In this document: piece after piece, positions 1-16,166 of the stretch
Layout: the number at the start of each line of letters is the position of its first letter
How positions within the stretch are numbered: position 1 is the first letter of the stretch
NCBI RefSeq assembly: GCF_009914755.1
Contig: NC_060935.1
Strand: one strand, 5' to 3'
DNA: 64,000 nucleotides
Source of the DNA: the human T2T-CHM13v2.0 reference genome, Homo sapiens
The notes under the pieces: generated by a model
Seen by the model: only the letters and a program-made list of their open reading frames with translations
The model's database searches: none
Told to the model about the DNA's origin: nothing
Translations under genes and position numbers: made by a program

Positions 1-169
1 GGCAAAGCCATTCAACAAGTCTCTAGGAAGCTCCAAACTTTCTCACTTTTTTTTGTTTTCTTCTAATCCCTCCAAACTGTTCCAATCCCTTCCTGTTACC
101 CGGTTCCAAAGTCTCTTCCACATTTTCAGGTATGTACAGCAGCTCCCCACTCTACTGGTACCAATTTAC
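1..169 (-). mobile_element. THE1-int (MaLR internal region), 5' part; continues off the left edge
   Basis: Reverse complement of the internal start GTAAATTGGTACCAGTAGAGTGGGG, which is also seen at 31783; abuts the LTR at 170. Confidence 0.9.
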
Positions 170-529
170 TGTATTTGTCTGTTTTCATACTGCTGATAAA
201 GACATACCCAAGACTGGGCAGATTACAAAAAAATAAAAGAGTTTTAATGGACTTACAGTTCCATGTGGCTGGGGAGGCCTCACAATGATAGTGGAAGGCA
301 AGGAGGAGCAAGTTGCATCTTACATCTTACATGGAGGGCAGCAGGCAAAGAGAAAGAGAACTTGTGCGGGGAACTCATCTTTACAAAACCATCAGATCTT
401 GTGAGACTTACTCATTGTCATGAGAACAGCACAGGAAAGACTTGCCCCTATGATTCAATTCTGGGTCTCTCCCACAACACATAGGAATTCAAGATGAGAT
501 TTGGGTGGGGACACAGCCAAACCATGTCA
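170..529 (-). mobile_element. THE1 5' LTR (THE1A-like short form)
   Basis: TGTATT...ACCATGTCA termini. Minus strand begins TGACATGGTTTGGCTGTGTCCCCACCCAAATCTCATCTTGAATT. Confidence 0.9.
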
Positions 530-894
530 GTAACTAGGAAACTATATTGAACTTCTGGTCACATTTTAATTTGCTCTTTAAGAATATTTATTGATTATCT
601 ATGCTTTTCAGGCTTTTTTGGATTTTTCAGTTAAGAAGATGAACAAAGACGTCTGCCCTTTGGAGATTGAGGGTGGCATGGGTCAACAACCACCTGTGAC
701 TCTTGCTGGATTGCTCATCTTCATAATAGCAACACTTCTTATTTGGTCAAAGAATACAATAGGTCCCTGTTGATGCAATCACCTTTGTGTTACCTGAAAG
801 TCTTAAGAGGGGGTCAAACAAATTCACTGTCTTACTACCTGCACATGGATGCTCGGTGGGTATTTCAAAATAGAGTCCAATAAGTTAAATAATA

Positions 895-1020
895 GTAACT
901 GTATCTCCTTTGTATCAAATAGGAAACTATTCAGAGAGGTTGATTAGCCCAAGTTCATTCTGTCACTTCCATCAGGTATTTCAACCCAGCTGTCCTAATT
1001 CAAAGTTGTCTATTGTTCTC
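895..1020 (-). mobile_element. MIR fragment
   Basis: Degenerate MIR core (GGAAACT..CAGAGAGGTT, ATTTCAACCCAG). Confidence 0.45.
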
Positions 1021-2599
1021 AGAGTCCTTTGCAAATGACTGTTTTGAGTTGTTCATTTTTTGATTTAGCTATTTAGTTTTATCATTCTAAATATATTATA
1101 AGCCTGCCAATGTCAGGGATCATGTCTCATATTTTTATATTATTCATAGACACTTTCCCGAAGGATGAGAATATAATAGCTGCTTATGAATGCACATGAT
1201 TATATTTTTTCTCATTTTTTAAAAACAGGAGACTTTTAGAGCATGTGTATTAAGTATAAAAAGGTAAATCTTCTAAAGACAGGTGTTAACATTTCTCCAA
1301 TATCTCCCTTTCCATTAACCAGCACATTGGATCTGTAAACAGATGTTCACTAGAACAAAATAGCTACTTACATGTACAATTACCAATTCTGTATGCACCA
1401 GTGAATGCACCAAATTTAGAAAAAGTTGCTAAATATGTTTCATTTTACTGAACTCTATCTTCCCTAAGGGCTGGAAGTCTTGATCTTGCTAGCATGCATT
1501 AGGAAGATAAAGTGCTTCCAATTCATCTCTTGGATTGCCCTGCTGCTGTAGCCTATTTGCTGAAATGGGGGATGGATCTGCTGAAGACTCTTGCACATGT
1601 GTTCCCTACATTTCACAGTTAAAGACTCCAAATTTTCTCTCAATCCTGGGATCAGAGTACAATGGCAGCCAGGAATAATTACATTTGCATGTCTTATCTA
1701 CTGTGATGTTTTCCTCAAGGAAAAGAGAACAGCTTTAGGATACTGAATGCAGAAAATGCAAAGCTTTTAATTCACCTATACATTCTGAGTCTAATCTATC
1801 CAAAGATTCTTTGGAAACAAAACATTCTTTAGTAATCATTTCATAGCATCTGTGTAAGACCTAAGTTTCAATATAAATTATAATTTTTAAATTATGTATT
1901 TCAAAAAGTTGCTTATTAACAATTTAGAGAAAATGTGGTTACAATAATGTGCAACAGAGGCTTTAGGGAAGAACTGAGACTAAGGGCAATATTTTTAAAT
2001 ACATGGATTTGAAGACATGGATTTATATCTTTCAGCATTAAATTATCTTATAATTAGCAATTTGTTAGTATTTCTTCAGAGACGATCAGTTGTAGGCAGA
2101 TACAAAATAAAGACTTTCAAAACATCTACACTGTGAACAGATTTCAATATAGATTTCTTTTGGAGTCCACTTTGATATTGACTTGCCATTTTGACCCAGC
2201 TTACTTTAAAAAGTGTTCCAGAATATTTATAACCTTTCAGGAAGAAAAATAAGACATTTCTTCCACATTCACTCAATGAACTATGAATTTTGCCAAAAGT
2301 AATAAAAGCAAATTTATCAGCTGAAAATAGCCAATTATTGTAAACTTTAAGCTCTCAGCAAATATTGTGCTCTGGTTATTTTTAGCTTGACGCAAAACAA
2401 TATCCAGTCAATTTGGAAATCAGTAATATATAGAAAAACATTTGGTGGAATGTTCTGAATAAGGAATTAGCTAGTAACTGCCATTGCTGCTTTAAATCAA
2501 ACCTCTGATAAATATGTCTTTTATCTTCAGACATGTTAATGTTAACAAAATTAGTCATTGCTTTTATTCAGAAATACAGATTCAAGTACCTCTTAATTT

Positions 2600-3000
2600 T
2601 TTTTTGTTTTTTAATAGTTTTAGCTTTAGAGAAAAATTGCAAAGATAATACGGAAAGTTCTTGTATATACCATACCCAGTTTCTCTCATCATTTACACAT
2701 TGTCTTAGTATGGTATATTTGTCATATACCATAATATTAATCATGATTAATAAGACAATATTAATCATGTTATCAATAAATTATTAACTATAATCCATTT
2801 GATTCATATTTCTTTAGTTTTTGACTAATGAGCTTTTTTTCCTTTTTTTAATCTCAAGATTTCATCCAATTTTCCTGATTACATTTTGTCCTCTTGTCTC
2901 CTTAGGCTCGTCTTGGCTGTGACAATTTTTCAAAATTTTCTTGTTTTTGATGCCCTTGATAGTTTTGGGTACTGGCCAGGTATATTTTAGAATTCCCCCT
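2600..3000 (-). mobile_element. Old L1 (L1M, L1MC/MB-like) 3' end fragment
   Basis: GTCTCCTTAGGCTC..CTTGGCTGTGACA and GTACTGGCCAGGTATATTTTAGAAT resemble the L1M 3' UTR. Confidence 0.65.
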
Positions 3001-3004
3001 TTTG

Positions 3005-3261
3005 GGCTGGGCAGTTCATTTTCTCTTGCCCTTGTATGTCACAGTTTATGGTTCTCAGCCCTTCAGACTCTGGGACTTACTCCAGAATCCCCCACCGCCA
3101 GCCCTGTTTCTCTGTCCTTCATGGTTTTCCAACTTGTAGACAGCATACAGTAGAACTTCTGAGCATCCATAATTGCCTAAGCCAATTCCCATAATAAATT
3201 TACTTTTATCTATCTATGTCTCCAGTTGATTATGTTTCTCTGGAGAACCCTGACTAATATG
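3005..3261 (+). mobile_element. MLT2 (ERVL LTR) 3' portion
   Basis: AGCCAATTCCCATAATAAAT poly(A) region and terminus TCTCTGGAGAACCCTGACTAATA. Confidence 0.8.
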
Positions 3262-3269
3262 CTATCACA

Positions 3270-4100
3270 TAGCAAAGCAATTGACTTTTGTATGTTGACC
3301 TTGAATCCTGTGACCTTGATATATTCCATTATTATTTCCAAGAGGATTTTTATAGTTTTTTTGGTGATTTTCTACCTCGATAATCATGTTATCTGCAAAC
3401 AAGACAGTTTTATTTGTTTCCAATATGTATGTATTTTATTGCATTGTTGGTTTTATTTAACTAGGCAGGACTTTAAGTACTAAATTAAATAAGTGTGAGT
3501 GGTAAGAAAAAGCATCCTTTCCTTGTTTCTAATCTTAAGGAGAAAGTGTCCAGTTCCTTACCATGAAGTATAATATTAATTATAGGCTTTTATAGATGTT
3601 CTTTATCCAGTTGAGAAAGTTCCTCTCTTGGCTTTCTGATAGTTTTTATTTTGAATATATGTTGCATTTTATTAAGTGTTTTTCTGCATCATTTGATATG
3701 GATCACATGACACTTTTCCAATGGGCTAAGGGCTTTGCAAAGTCATTTCCCTTAGAACTTAAGCTTTTGCATTATAAAAGACTCTGGGCATATTTCATTA
3801 AAGTCATTCTTCCCCTCCCCTTCCAGAACTCATAAAGGATCTTTCTTCAGGTCTGCACTATAAGAACTGGGTGCAGATATAGGAGGTAAAGGTCTGTGCT
3901 CCCCAGGAGATTATTACATTAATGCCAGTTCGCACTCAGCTTCCAGAAGTTCATCATTTAAGTGTTCCTTTTAGTTTATGGTTGCAGTCGCTTCTGCTCC
4001 ATGTAAGTAGGTTTTGGTTGTCTCCTTGCAGATGAAACTGCCTCTCCATATATAGGGTGGCTGTTTGCCCCATAACCTCATGAGTGTGTCTCCCTCTCTG
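3270..4100 (-). mobile_element. Old L1M fragments (ORF2 RT region, then probable 5' region)
   Basis: ATAATCATGTTATCTGCAAAC is the antisense of the FAD(D/N)M motif; degenerate L1 sequence follows. Confidence 0.65.
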
Positions 4101-4255
4101 AGGTCATAATTTTTATTGTCTCCACCATTCGTTTTATTTTGTACTTATACAGATGCTTTCTTCTATGTTGATTGCATTCATTGTTAATTACTATTTAAAG
4201 TTTAATACATTTACGTCCTGGGTTCCCCCAGTCAAGTATGTTTTTTGAAAATATA

Positions 4256-4596
4256 ATCATCCCTTGGTATCTGGGGAGATTGGTTCTAGGATGTCTCCCC
4301 ATTCCCACTCCCTACTCAGGTAGGATGCTCAAAATCCACGGATGCTCAAGTCCTTTACATGAAATTGTGTAATATTTGCATGTAACATACATCCTCTTAT
4401 ATACCTCAAATCATCTTTAGATGACTTATAATAATATTACATAATACAATGTAAATGCTATGTAAATAGTTGTTATATTGAATTGCTTTTTTATTTGTAT
4501 TGCATTGTATTTTTATTTTTTACTCTATTTATTAAATTGATTTTAAACAATTTTGAGCCATGGTTGTGAAACCCATGGATACAGAGAATGGCTGTG
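4256..4596. mobile_element. MER2 (TcMar-Tigger MITE)
   Basis: CCCTTGGTATC..GGGGATTGGTTC, AAAATCCACGGATGCTCAAGTCC, AATACAATGTAAATGCTATGTAAATAGTTGTTATA and terminal CCCATGGATACAGAG. Confidence 0.85.
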
Positions 4597-6859
4597 GTTA
4601 CACGGTCTTCTATATTTTTCTATTACAGAGAGTAAAAAACCAAGTAATTGGAATTTACTTAAAGAGACTTGATGGTGGGAGTTGGGGAGATTAGATTTAA
4701 ATGTTTTCCAATCTGTTCTCAATTTATTTACTTTTTGAAGCTCAAATCGAGGTAAAACATTTGTTTTACAGTGAAAATCATTATATTATTTCACAGTAAG
4801 TAGGTATTAATGAGATTTTTCTCTTGACATAGAACAAATCCAAAGCAGCATATCAGAGATCTTCACCTCTTTTATATCATCTAGATTAATTAGAAAACAA
4901 TTTCCTAAAGTAAAAAATGCCAAAAGAAAGTAACATTGCTAGTCACATTCTATAGTCCTTTCTTTTATGGAGAGATGTTATATTCCTAACACATTATTTC
5001 ATTTAAAAAACCCATCAATATTTATGCTTTATTTATTAATGCCTTGTTTATGCTTTATTGTGTTTCTTTTAAGTTACTTATTACAGCATTGCTAATGTAA
5101 CCTGTATTCTATCCATATTTATTTGGATACTGAAAGCAAACGCATTTATTTATTTAGTGTAAGTGGGGATTTCTTGATTTACAAAACAGGATTTTATGTT
5201 AATCTCTAGTAGTGATTTTTTTTTTTTCATCAGAAGCTGTGTCTCTTTCTAGAAAAGCTTTAGTGCCATAAGAAAATCATCAAAATCCCCAAAGGCTCTG
5301 ATATGAAAAATGAAATTAGAAGAGTTTGTACAAATAGGTGGTGATTAAATATTCAAGCCTATCTGACATCTAATGTTTCCATGGAAGAAAGAACAAGAAG
5401 ACGCATTACATTTACAGCTACTGTTATTTTGGAATGAAGAAATCTGTAAATATCAAGATAAACACAAACAGAACAAAGTAGCAGAATGTCCTTGCTCGTA
5501 ATCCACGGAGATCCATCTAGCTCAAAACATGGTAATATATCTTTAAAATCCTCACAGTCAGTAGAGACTGATAGAATTAGATGTGTCAGTGTAAGGAGAG
5601 GGAGAAGAGAATCAGAGCCTGTGATTACCCCCTAGACAAAAACTCACAAAAATAATGACAAATATGTGTTGAAAAAGCAAACGCTTACTGCCTCTTCATA
5701 AACATGTATTGTTATTAACTTATCTGGACTCATGTTTCTAATTATTTGTTGCCTCAGAATAGCTGTAAACAGCATCTTGAGAAAACAACACTGAGGAGTA
5801 TGGCCTGCCAATTTTAGTGGCTAACACTGAAACAACAGTGGGGTGGAGTAACAATACACCTGTGGATTATTATACAATTATTGAGCCAGAGGGTAAAAAG
5901 CGGTTGATGTTAAATTCTCTCACCACTCTAGAACGTAGGTCTCATGACACATTCTTGATTTGTCAGTCTTCCTCGACTGCTCATCAATATAAAAGGAAAG
6001 ACTCAAAAATGTTGTGTATATGCACTGTCCAAAAAGGACATAGAATGTGCAAAACAGTGTAGAAATTGTTTTCCCAAAAGAGAATTACCTCTTAAAGAGA
6101 CAAACATTCTTCCTATGAAAACATAGATCACTCCCCTGAATAATGTGCATTGTTTCACGATTTGCCATAGAAATATGCTTATCAAAACAACATGATTAGC
6201 AACAATTCACTCTAGGAAACACAAGCCTTAAATATATAAAGGGTTCCAGATTACATAATAATAACTACAATGTATGTAAATGAAATGCATACATCAATGA
6301 AGGAGAGAGAAAGAGGACAGAGAAGGGGTGGAGGGGGCGATATTAGGAAGGTTTCTGATTGAATAGTGGAAGCAAAAGATGGTAAAGCTTTCTTGTCCTA
6401 AGAGTCCCAGGAATCTTAAAATAAACATTCAACTCAAGATTATGAAGCTTTGACACTTAACTCGTGATGTTTCCTGTTATTTGGGTAACAAAAATATTAC
6501 TGTCATCTTAAATACTGCTTGCCAATTGAGATTAAGAGTTGTAAGAGTATTAATATCTTTGTTTGATATGTGTTACCCTTGCAGAATGCAAGCAAGGGCA
6601 CATGGCCAAAGGATAGACACATAAAGCCTAATGGAGCTATGTTCATTGGTGAAAACTCATATTGACATCATCAGTAGTGTGTGTGTGTATTGAGGGTCTG
6701 CATCACCCTTTTATTTTAGGGTAGTTCTCAGATATCCAGCAGGTCAAGATGTCATAAGCTAGAATGTAACCCTAAATCCTTGAGCTCCGTGGCTTTTAAA
6801 CTATATGATTAGGCAAGGTCCACACTCTTCCCTGGTGGAAGCAGAGCCAGATTAAATAG

Positions 6860-7733
<874 letters not shown>

Positions 7734-8564
7734 CATTGACTTCAGTTTACATTATAAGCTCACATTTGTAGTTGATTTTAGCACTGGTGTTTCCTTTGGA
7801 ATGAGAGCAGGGAGGCTGAGGTTCAAGCCTTATAAGTTGATCAAGATTGCAACTGCTAAGCACTATCTATTCCCGCAGAGCTCAGCAGAATGTAACTTCT
7901 GTTTCTGGGAGGCCAGATTTCAGGGAATCAGTCTCAATAAATTAAACTTACCTCTCCTGTGAATTTGTTAAAGGAGATAAATTTCTTTATGACATTTTTG
8001 AGGCACATAACATAGATTTAAGATTTTATTAACATAAACAATATTTAGCAACATTGATTTAATGATTTCTAGATGAAACCAGAAAGACTCCTTCCATAGG
8101 TTAGCAAATTATCACCTTGCGTATTAGTTACCTTCCTTGCTATTCTTGAAGATGACTCTCCATTTTTATTTCTTTGTCTTTGGGGACAGTCCCTCCTTAT
8201 AATTAGTGTTCCAACCACATACAGGGTCAAAATCATGTTTATTATTCCCTCCCCTTCTTGACTGTAATTGACTTTTTTTTCACTTTCCTTTATTCTCCCC
8301 ATAACTCTCAATAGCATAAATAATATAGACAGATTTTACAAATATGCCTACTAGGAAAGTTGGGGGCCTTATTTCCTTTCTCTTATTGGGACCATCTTCT
8401 TTCTTCTTTCTCAGGTGTTTTCTCTACTACAGCTTTTAGATAACTTGCTTCCTTACAGCTTGGTTCCTTCTGTAAGTTCTTCACATGTCCTAAAACAACA
8501 TAATTCATCCACGGATATGCAGGGCTATGTCTGCACAAAAATTTGGTAGACGTGAACTTCGGGA

Positions 8565-8770
8565 CAGAGCTAGATTGAAACTTTGAAATCTGTTTGCTAT
8601 GTTACCTTGCACAAATCCATTCACTCTTTTATAGCATAATTTCCTAGCATACAAAATGGAGATCATACTATGTATTCCTTGGGATTTACCTGAGAATTAT
8701 ATGAGATTAATACTATATGGACTTTTCCTACTGCACTGCCTGGCCAATAGTAGATACTAAGAAAATACTA
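8565..8770 (+). mobile_element. MIR
   Basis: TGTTACCTTGCACAAAT, TTTCCTAGCATACAAAATGGAGAT, TGCCTGGCCAATAGTAG. Confidence 0.65.
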
Positions 8771-8857
8771 ATTCCTTCCTCATGTTTATATTTCAGAATT
8801 ACCATAATGATTGTCTTCACAGTTTCTGCAGAGTACACATTAAAAATATAAAGAATT

Positions 8858-8985
8858 GGCTGGACACTGTAGCTCAGGCCTGTAATCCCAGCACTTTGAG
8901 AGGTCAAGGCAGGAGAACTGCTTGAACCCAGTAGTTGAAGACTAGCCTGGGCAACATCGTGAGACCCTGCCATACAAAAAAAATT
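8858..8985 (+). mobile_element. FLAM / Alu left monomer
   Basis: Single ~130-bp 7SL-derived monomer ending in an A-tract. Confidence 0.85.
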
Positions 8986-10845
8986 TGAAAATTAAAATTA
9001 AACTCCTTTTGAGAATCGTGTAGATTCACAAACACTTTTAAGAAATAACACAGAGAAATCCCATGCATCCTTTACTTGATTTCTCCCAATGGTAACACTT
9101 TGCAAAACAAGCCTACACTATTTCCAACATGTCCAATACTTAGACTGGACCAAAGTATAAAAATTCGGTGTTTTTAATAGTTGTTTCTGAAAAATTACTT
9201 ACATAATTTATTGTATGTTATCAATTACTATGTGAGTTGCTTTAAAGATCATTTTATTAAAATGTTTTTCTCTCTTTCTGTCATAAACTCAATTCATCCT
9301 TTGAAGAATGGCATCTGCATTTCTGTAAATTCCATAAAATGTAACAATTATCAAAGCTATCAGAAATATCCCCAAAAGACATAATTTTGCTTTTCTTATG
9401 CATTTATTACTTAAATGCAAAGTATATATTTTCAAAAGTAAAAAAAAATTATCATGCTTTGACAAGGTTGTTTTCAATTTAACCTGTTAATAGTGAGCTA
9501 AAGTTAAATTTAAATACCCAACAGTAGAAATGATCAAAATTTATATATTAAATCATATTCACAGATTTTTATTTTTATTTTCATACACAGAAGTTCTGAG
9601 AGAAAAAAATCATAGATTTTTAATTTCCATAATATTCTTTCTATTGTACAAAATAGTACAAGTACTATCACACTTTCTGACATTCATCTTTAAATTTGTG
9701 ATACTAGAAAATTGGGATCCTGGTCCAGAGAAAGGTGACTGTGATGGAAAATAAGGTAAAATAATTTATTCAACCTTGTCAAACTTTGAGCAGTTTTTTT
9801 CTTAGATAATTAAATGTCAGCCAGAATAACTGAAACTAAATTGTGTATTAATTTAAACTCAGATTATAAACCTAAAGTGTCTCAAAAAAAAGTTCTTCTT
9901 CTTTCAATATCATCTCCTTTCAAAATTATATCCACGCTTCTTTGTTTAAACCTGCTTTATATCATGGCCAATAATTTGCTTATAATAGTGCTCAACACAG
10001 GGCAGTGACTGGGCCCTGATAATATTTATTTCCACTACATACTTCTCAATGTCCTCTATGTGCTATCTTCATAATAAATACCACATTTGAATGACTTTTT
10101 AAGGACAGAATATATTGCTAAGTTATCTTTAGAAAGTATTTTGATAGAGAATGATGTTCTTTATGGATCTCAAACTTTCCCGCTACTGGACAAAATGGCA
10201 TAAGCCTAACTCAACCCATGATGACTCCATAACAACACTGAAAACAATAAAAGTTCACTCTTGACCTTCCCCACCAACTTCTCTTATATAAGTATTATTC
10301 CTTTCCACCCCAGTGCAAATTTATTTTCTTGAATTTATTCTAACTTTTTGGAGGTATATTTCAAATATATATATATACTCGTGCTATGTCACTCCTTTCC
10401 TTTCTCACTTTTTCATCCCAGACTCCAGTGTCAACACTTCTCACTCTCAACACCTATCCAGCTCATATAATAGAATACAGGTCCTAAGGGGAAAATAAAA
10501 ATCTAATAAATTGCCCAATTGAAAACTTGGTGTCATATGCAGACAATGAAAACATTCATCAAATAGTTTTTAAATCTTTATGCTAAAATTAATATGTGAA
10601 GAAACCCACCTTTGTCTCACATATTAAAACAAGTTTACTGAAATATACATGCTATTCTTCTTAATAAATCATATTTTTTTAGGTTTACTTTTAAATACAA
10701 ATAGACCTGGGATAGTTCTTATTGCTAACCCCAGCTTTTAAGTAATATTTTAAAAGAAAGAAATATGACTTATCATCTATTATTATTATTTACTATAGTA
10801 GTTATTATCATTATAAAGAATTGACATTTTTAATCTATTAAATTA

Positions 10846-11158
10846 CAGATGGTCCTCAACATGTGATGGATTGATTTACTATTTTTAACTTTACAATGAT
10901 GCAAACTTAATACGCATCCAGTACAGTAATCAATAAATTACATGAGATATCCAAGACTTCATTATAAAACAGGCTTTGTGTCAGAGGTTTATGCCCCATT
11001 GTAGGTTACTGTAAGTGTTCTGAACACATTTGAGGTAGGCTAGGTTAAGCTATGATGATCAGTAGGTTGGGTGTATTGAATGCATTTTCGACTTAAAAAT
11101 TTTCATTTTCTGATGGGTTTATTGGACTGCAACCCCATTGTAAGTCAAGGAGCATCTG
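10846..11158 (-). mobile_element. MER47A-like Tigger MITE
   Basis: TIRs CAGATGGTCCTCAAC / GTCAAGGAGCATCTG with TA on both sides. Appears shorter than consensus, with a probable internal deletion at CAGTA near 10920. Confidence 0.85.
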
Positions 11159-12438
11159 TATAAAAGTTACTATGAATCATTTTTAAGCTCAAAAACTTTT
11201 GTCATATAATGTATTTTACATCCTATGAAAATCTGATTAAGTAGGTTATGCTTCTCTTTCATGTAATTTCTTTTAGTTCAATTTAATATTGAAGAACTTT
11301 GTCCCTTCACTTTCTTTTTAAAAGAGAAAGAGATTAAACCTGGAAAGACAAGACACTTAGCCACTTTTATATACTTCAATGCAAAAAGTACCTTTGCTAC
11401 TTAATAGCCGATGAAAGTTGTTCTCTGAAGCAAAATAATCTCCATGATGGCTAATAAAATGAACTTAATAATGATCAGATGAGAGAAATGAATATTTCTC
11501 TCATATTAAAGTATATACTTAGAATTAAAATTACTCTAAACTGATAAAAATTTAATAAGGAAATGTTATTTTTAAAGTATCATTTCTCTTGTATCTTACA
11601 TTTCTTCACTAGAGCATAGAAATATATGCAAAATTACAAAAAAAAATTGTCATTGAAATCCCTTTCTATATCAAAGTTCTTAGGTATCAAGATCCATTTT
11701 ATCTCATAAGCCTAAGAAGAAGATACCAATCCAAGTAAAAGGAAATAAGTTGAATATACATTATTTAAAACAATATTCATTTACCAAATACATTATCTGC
11801 TTGCAAACTCTTTGTTCATATTATTAAAAAGATAAATATTTTTAAATGACTGAAAATTTTCAGTCATCACCAGACTATTCTTTATTTTTGAATTGTCAAT
11901 TTCAATAAGAACATATATATCAAACCAGAATTTCTTTCTTTTCTCTTCATTTCTACCTTGCCCACAGAATTCATATTTAAAAATATAGAAGGAATTCAGG
12001 TAGTTCTAAAAAATCCTTTCGGATCACTTTCAAGAACTACCTATTACATCCTGTGAGGAAATAGGAACATGTAAAAATATGATTTTGAAAATTTTCTGTT
12101 TATAAAAAAAGCAAAAAGGGAGAGTTTTCTAAGGTCATGCTGAAAATATGCAGCAGTATAGAGAAGGTTCTTTTCTCACTAAACTTTTTATGGTTTTACC
12201 ACTAGGCTACTTTTCTCTGTGTGCCTGATAATATTCCAAAGAGAAAATGGTCTGTCTATCCCAAACATGGCAAAATTATCTATAATTAGGCAAACCTAAT
12301 CCCCCACCCCAATAACATATGATGAAGAAATTTTTAAAATAAACATTTATTTCTGAAAATACTAATTTTTAGAAACAATGCAAAGTAAAACTATTTTTTA
12401 TTTTGATGATAGTTATAATTTCCTGTCTTGAATTTACA

Positions 12439-12781
<343 letters not shown>

Positions 12782-12954
12782 AAATTAATACTGTTTTTTA
12801 CTTGAGACCTTTTGATTTTGCATGAGCCATAATCCACATTGGAATAAATCCAGAGCTGTTAAATGGGAAAAGAAGAGTGCAAAACCTTGAATGGATAATA
12901 TAGATACAGTGACTGTTATTTTTTAAACATCATTTCTAATTGTGAAACAGGTAA

Positions 12955-13665
12955 AGTAGTGGTTGAGAAAGAGTAAGAACTTCCAATCAGTTGGACTTTA
13001 TTTTAAATCCCAGCTACTACATTGACTTACATTTATGATCTTGGGAAAGTTATTCAATTTCTCTGTTCTTTGATTTCTTTGTCATGAAAAAAAGATGTAA
13101 TAAAGCATACCAGACTGTTGGTTGTAAAGATTGAGAGACACATACACAAACAGAAAGTGGCCAGACCATATATTACAGTAAACTGACTTACAACCTCTGT
13201 AGCAACCATCCCTGGGAGCCAAGCCACAACTTCTGTAGCAATCGGCCCAGGATGAACAGGACTTAGTTCATGATCACCAATCTCTTTCTTTTTTTCTTTT
13301 TTTCAGTTGTCCTATTTCCAACTCAGGACCAATGATAGAAAGCCAAATATTCCCCTAAACTAGTCACATAAGACCCTCCACTTGTAGTTAGCATGCCTCC
13401 AGACTCCCCATTCTAAAAACTTGCAAACAGTATGCCTGAAGCCTTCTCCCTTTTTATTTTTTCACTGTAAATCTTTCCCATGCCTCTGCCTGCCTTTAAG
13501 TCTCTGCCAAATGTTGGTGATAGTGGCTTTCTACATAGCAAACTAAATAAATATCCTTTGTTTGTTCTCATTTGGGTGGTTTTCATTTATTTCCACAGCT
13601 CCAGTCAGAGAATAAATGTAAAGATTCAAGTCTCATATTTGGTACATAAGTGTGCTCAATAAATG
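12955..13665 (+). mobile_element. MIR split by an LTR insertion
   Basis: 5' part TTTAAATCCCAGCT..ATCTTGGGAAAGTTATTCAATTTCTCTG (to about 13120); tail GGTACATAAGTGTGCTCAATAAATG after 13600. Confidence 0.55.
13123..13597 (+). mobile_element. Old solo LTR (ERV1, MER89/90/110-like; name uncertain)
   Basis: TG...TTCCACA ends, duplicated ACAAC(C/T)TCTGTAGCAA motif, AATAAA near the 3' end. Confidence 0.55.
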
Positions 13666-15734
13666 AACAGAAACACCTGTCAAATGGTTGAGTCTACATT
13701 CTCCTTAATCTTGCTGAAGGTGATGTTTCAAACATGGTTAATATTATGTATTGTGTTTGGAAGAGTTTAACACACAGGTATAATTGATCTCTTCCAGCTT
13801 GCATATACAGCGACTGTAATTAGTAAAAGAAATGCTTACAGCGACTGCAACTGTAACTAGTAAAAAGTGCATTACTTTGAAGAATAGTGAGTCCCCTGCC
13901 ATAGGAACCAAAAATGTGGTGGCAAGTGACCTCTCCAAGACATTCAGATTCATTAGTTTTTACCTGGGGCCAAGTCATCTGTATTCTTTAAATGCTCACC
14001 AGGTCAATTTGATGTACCTACTTTAGTTCAGCCTCCTAATGTGTAATCTGAATGTTTAGGGGATGGGATCCAAGATTAGGAACATTAAAAATCTTTCCAG
14101 GTCATGTCAAAGATACTAATCTATAAAGCATATTGAAGAACACCTAAATTACATAATTTTTCCTTTTTTAAAAAATTAGAAATACAAAAAAGTCTCAACA
14201 TTATTAAAAAAACTAAAAAATAAGACAAATTTTAGTTATATCATGTATTTACAGAATTCTCTATTATTAAGATTAACACCAAAATATAGGTTCTCTATGC
14301 CAACCTTATATCCTCTTGACCAAAGAGGAGATTTGAATTCCATTTGAATTCCAGCTTTTAGGGAAGACAAGCCTTTTATTTGAGCTCAGGTTGCAACTGT
14401 TTTCATTCCCACATACAGTAAGAATTATGGAGAGCCCACTAAAAGCTAGGCACTATTTTCTTCAGCTTCCTGACATCCTAGTCATTGCTCTATAAATTCT
14501 GCCTCTTACTTTTAGAATCTCTTAAACTCTTGTCTTTCCCTGGCACTCAGCCTAGGAGGAAGTAGAGTACTTCAAAAACTCTTTTGACTCAAAAACTCAA
14601 TTTCCCATGACAAGAAAAATATGCATGAGTGAGACAACCTAAATATGGGCAGGAGCCTTGGCTCTTTAAGGACATCTCTGAGCCTGACATGTGACTTGGG
14701 CTCTGTGTGAGTTACCACACAGCAGACAGTGGCATGGAGACTGCAGGTGCTTTCAGCCGTGACTCACAGCATCCACCTTTCTTTAATGTAGCTGTGAAAA
14801 TTATTTCCAGATATTTTACTGTTAAAATTGTGAGGAAAATTCAGAAGCATGCCAGCCTTACAGAGATGCTAAATGAGGTACAGAGCATTGCCAATTGCTG
14901 GATACAGCTCCTGAGAGGAAAAATTAAAAAAAAAATCTGAGGATGTGGGTAATGTGACATAACATATGCCCCTCTAAATATACCAAGCAACTTCTCATTG
15001 AGCCATCTGTACTTTAACTTGCTTAGTAGGAAACTATCTTTCCTAAAAGGATTTACTCCATTAATGAGTGGCCTCAAGGTGCTTGCCATTCATACTGCTG
15101 CTGTGTTTTTTAGGAACCCAATTGTTTGTTCAGTCAGCAAGATCAAAATCACTCGGTTTGAAGTAGGTTGCCTTGATAAGATCAGAGACAGGATCTATGC
15201 TTCCCCAACTCTCTTCATATTATAAGGAAGAAGCTCTTGTAAATTACATATAACCTCAGTGCACTAGCCAACTCCAAATGACCCAGACAAGCACCTTGGA
15301 TCTCCATGTTGAGAAAGAGTGAGAGGCTCAGTCGTGATTCAGTGGAAAAGAGCTCCATGCAAGATTAGAGATATCATTTGTGGGCCTGGGGTCATCCTTG
15401 TCATATTTCATTATAATTATCTATTTACCTGCCTAACACTCCACAAGCATAAGCTTCTGTAACAGAGATAATTTCTTCATGTCAGTATCATCATTTACAA
15501 ATAAGCCTGTCCCCCAGTAGTTAGTTTATATTTGGGGAATAACTGTTCTTACTTCTTGATGGACTGCATCATATAGTAACAACTACAAGTGGTAATGAGA
15601 ATGTATTTCTGTTCCTTCAGAAGGTGAGATCTATTGTGATAACTAAAACTCCACTCCCAGCCACTGCCATGTTCAACTGCATCCAACATTCTCCTTCTGA
15701 ATGAAAACCAAGAGCTATTTCAGTTTCCCCTTCA

Positions 15735-16166
<432 letters not shown>

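Noticed and set aside
5757-5893. Candidate exon (pyrimidine tract-CAG ... G/GTAAAA)
   Set aside because: Weak donor, no recognisable protein and no partner exons; expected by chance.
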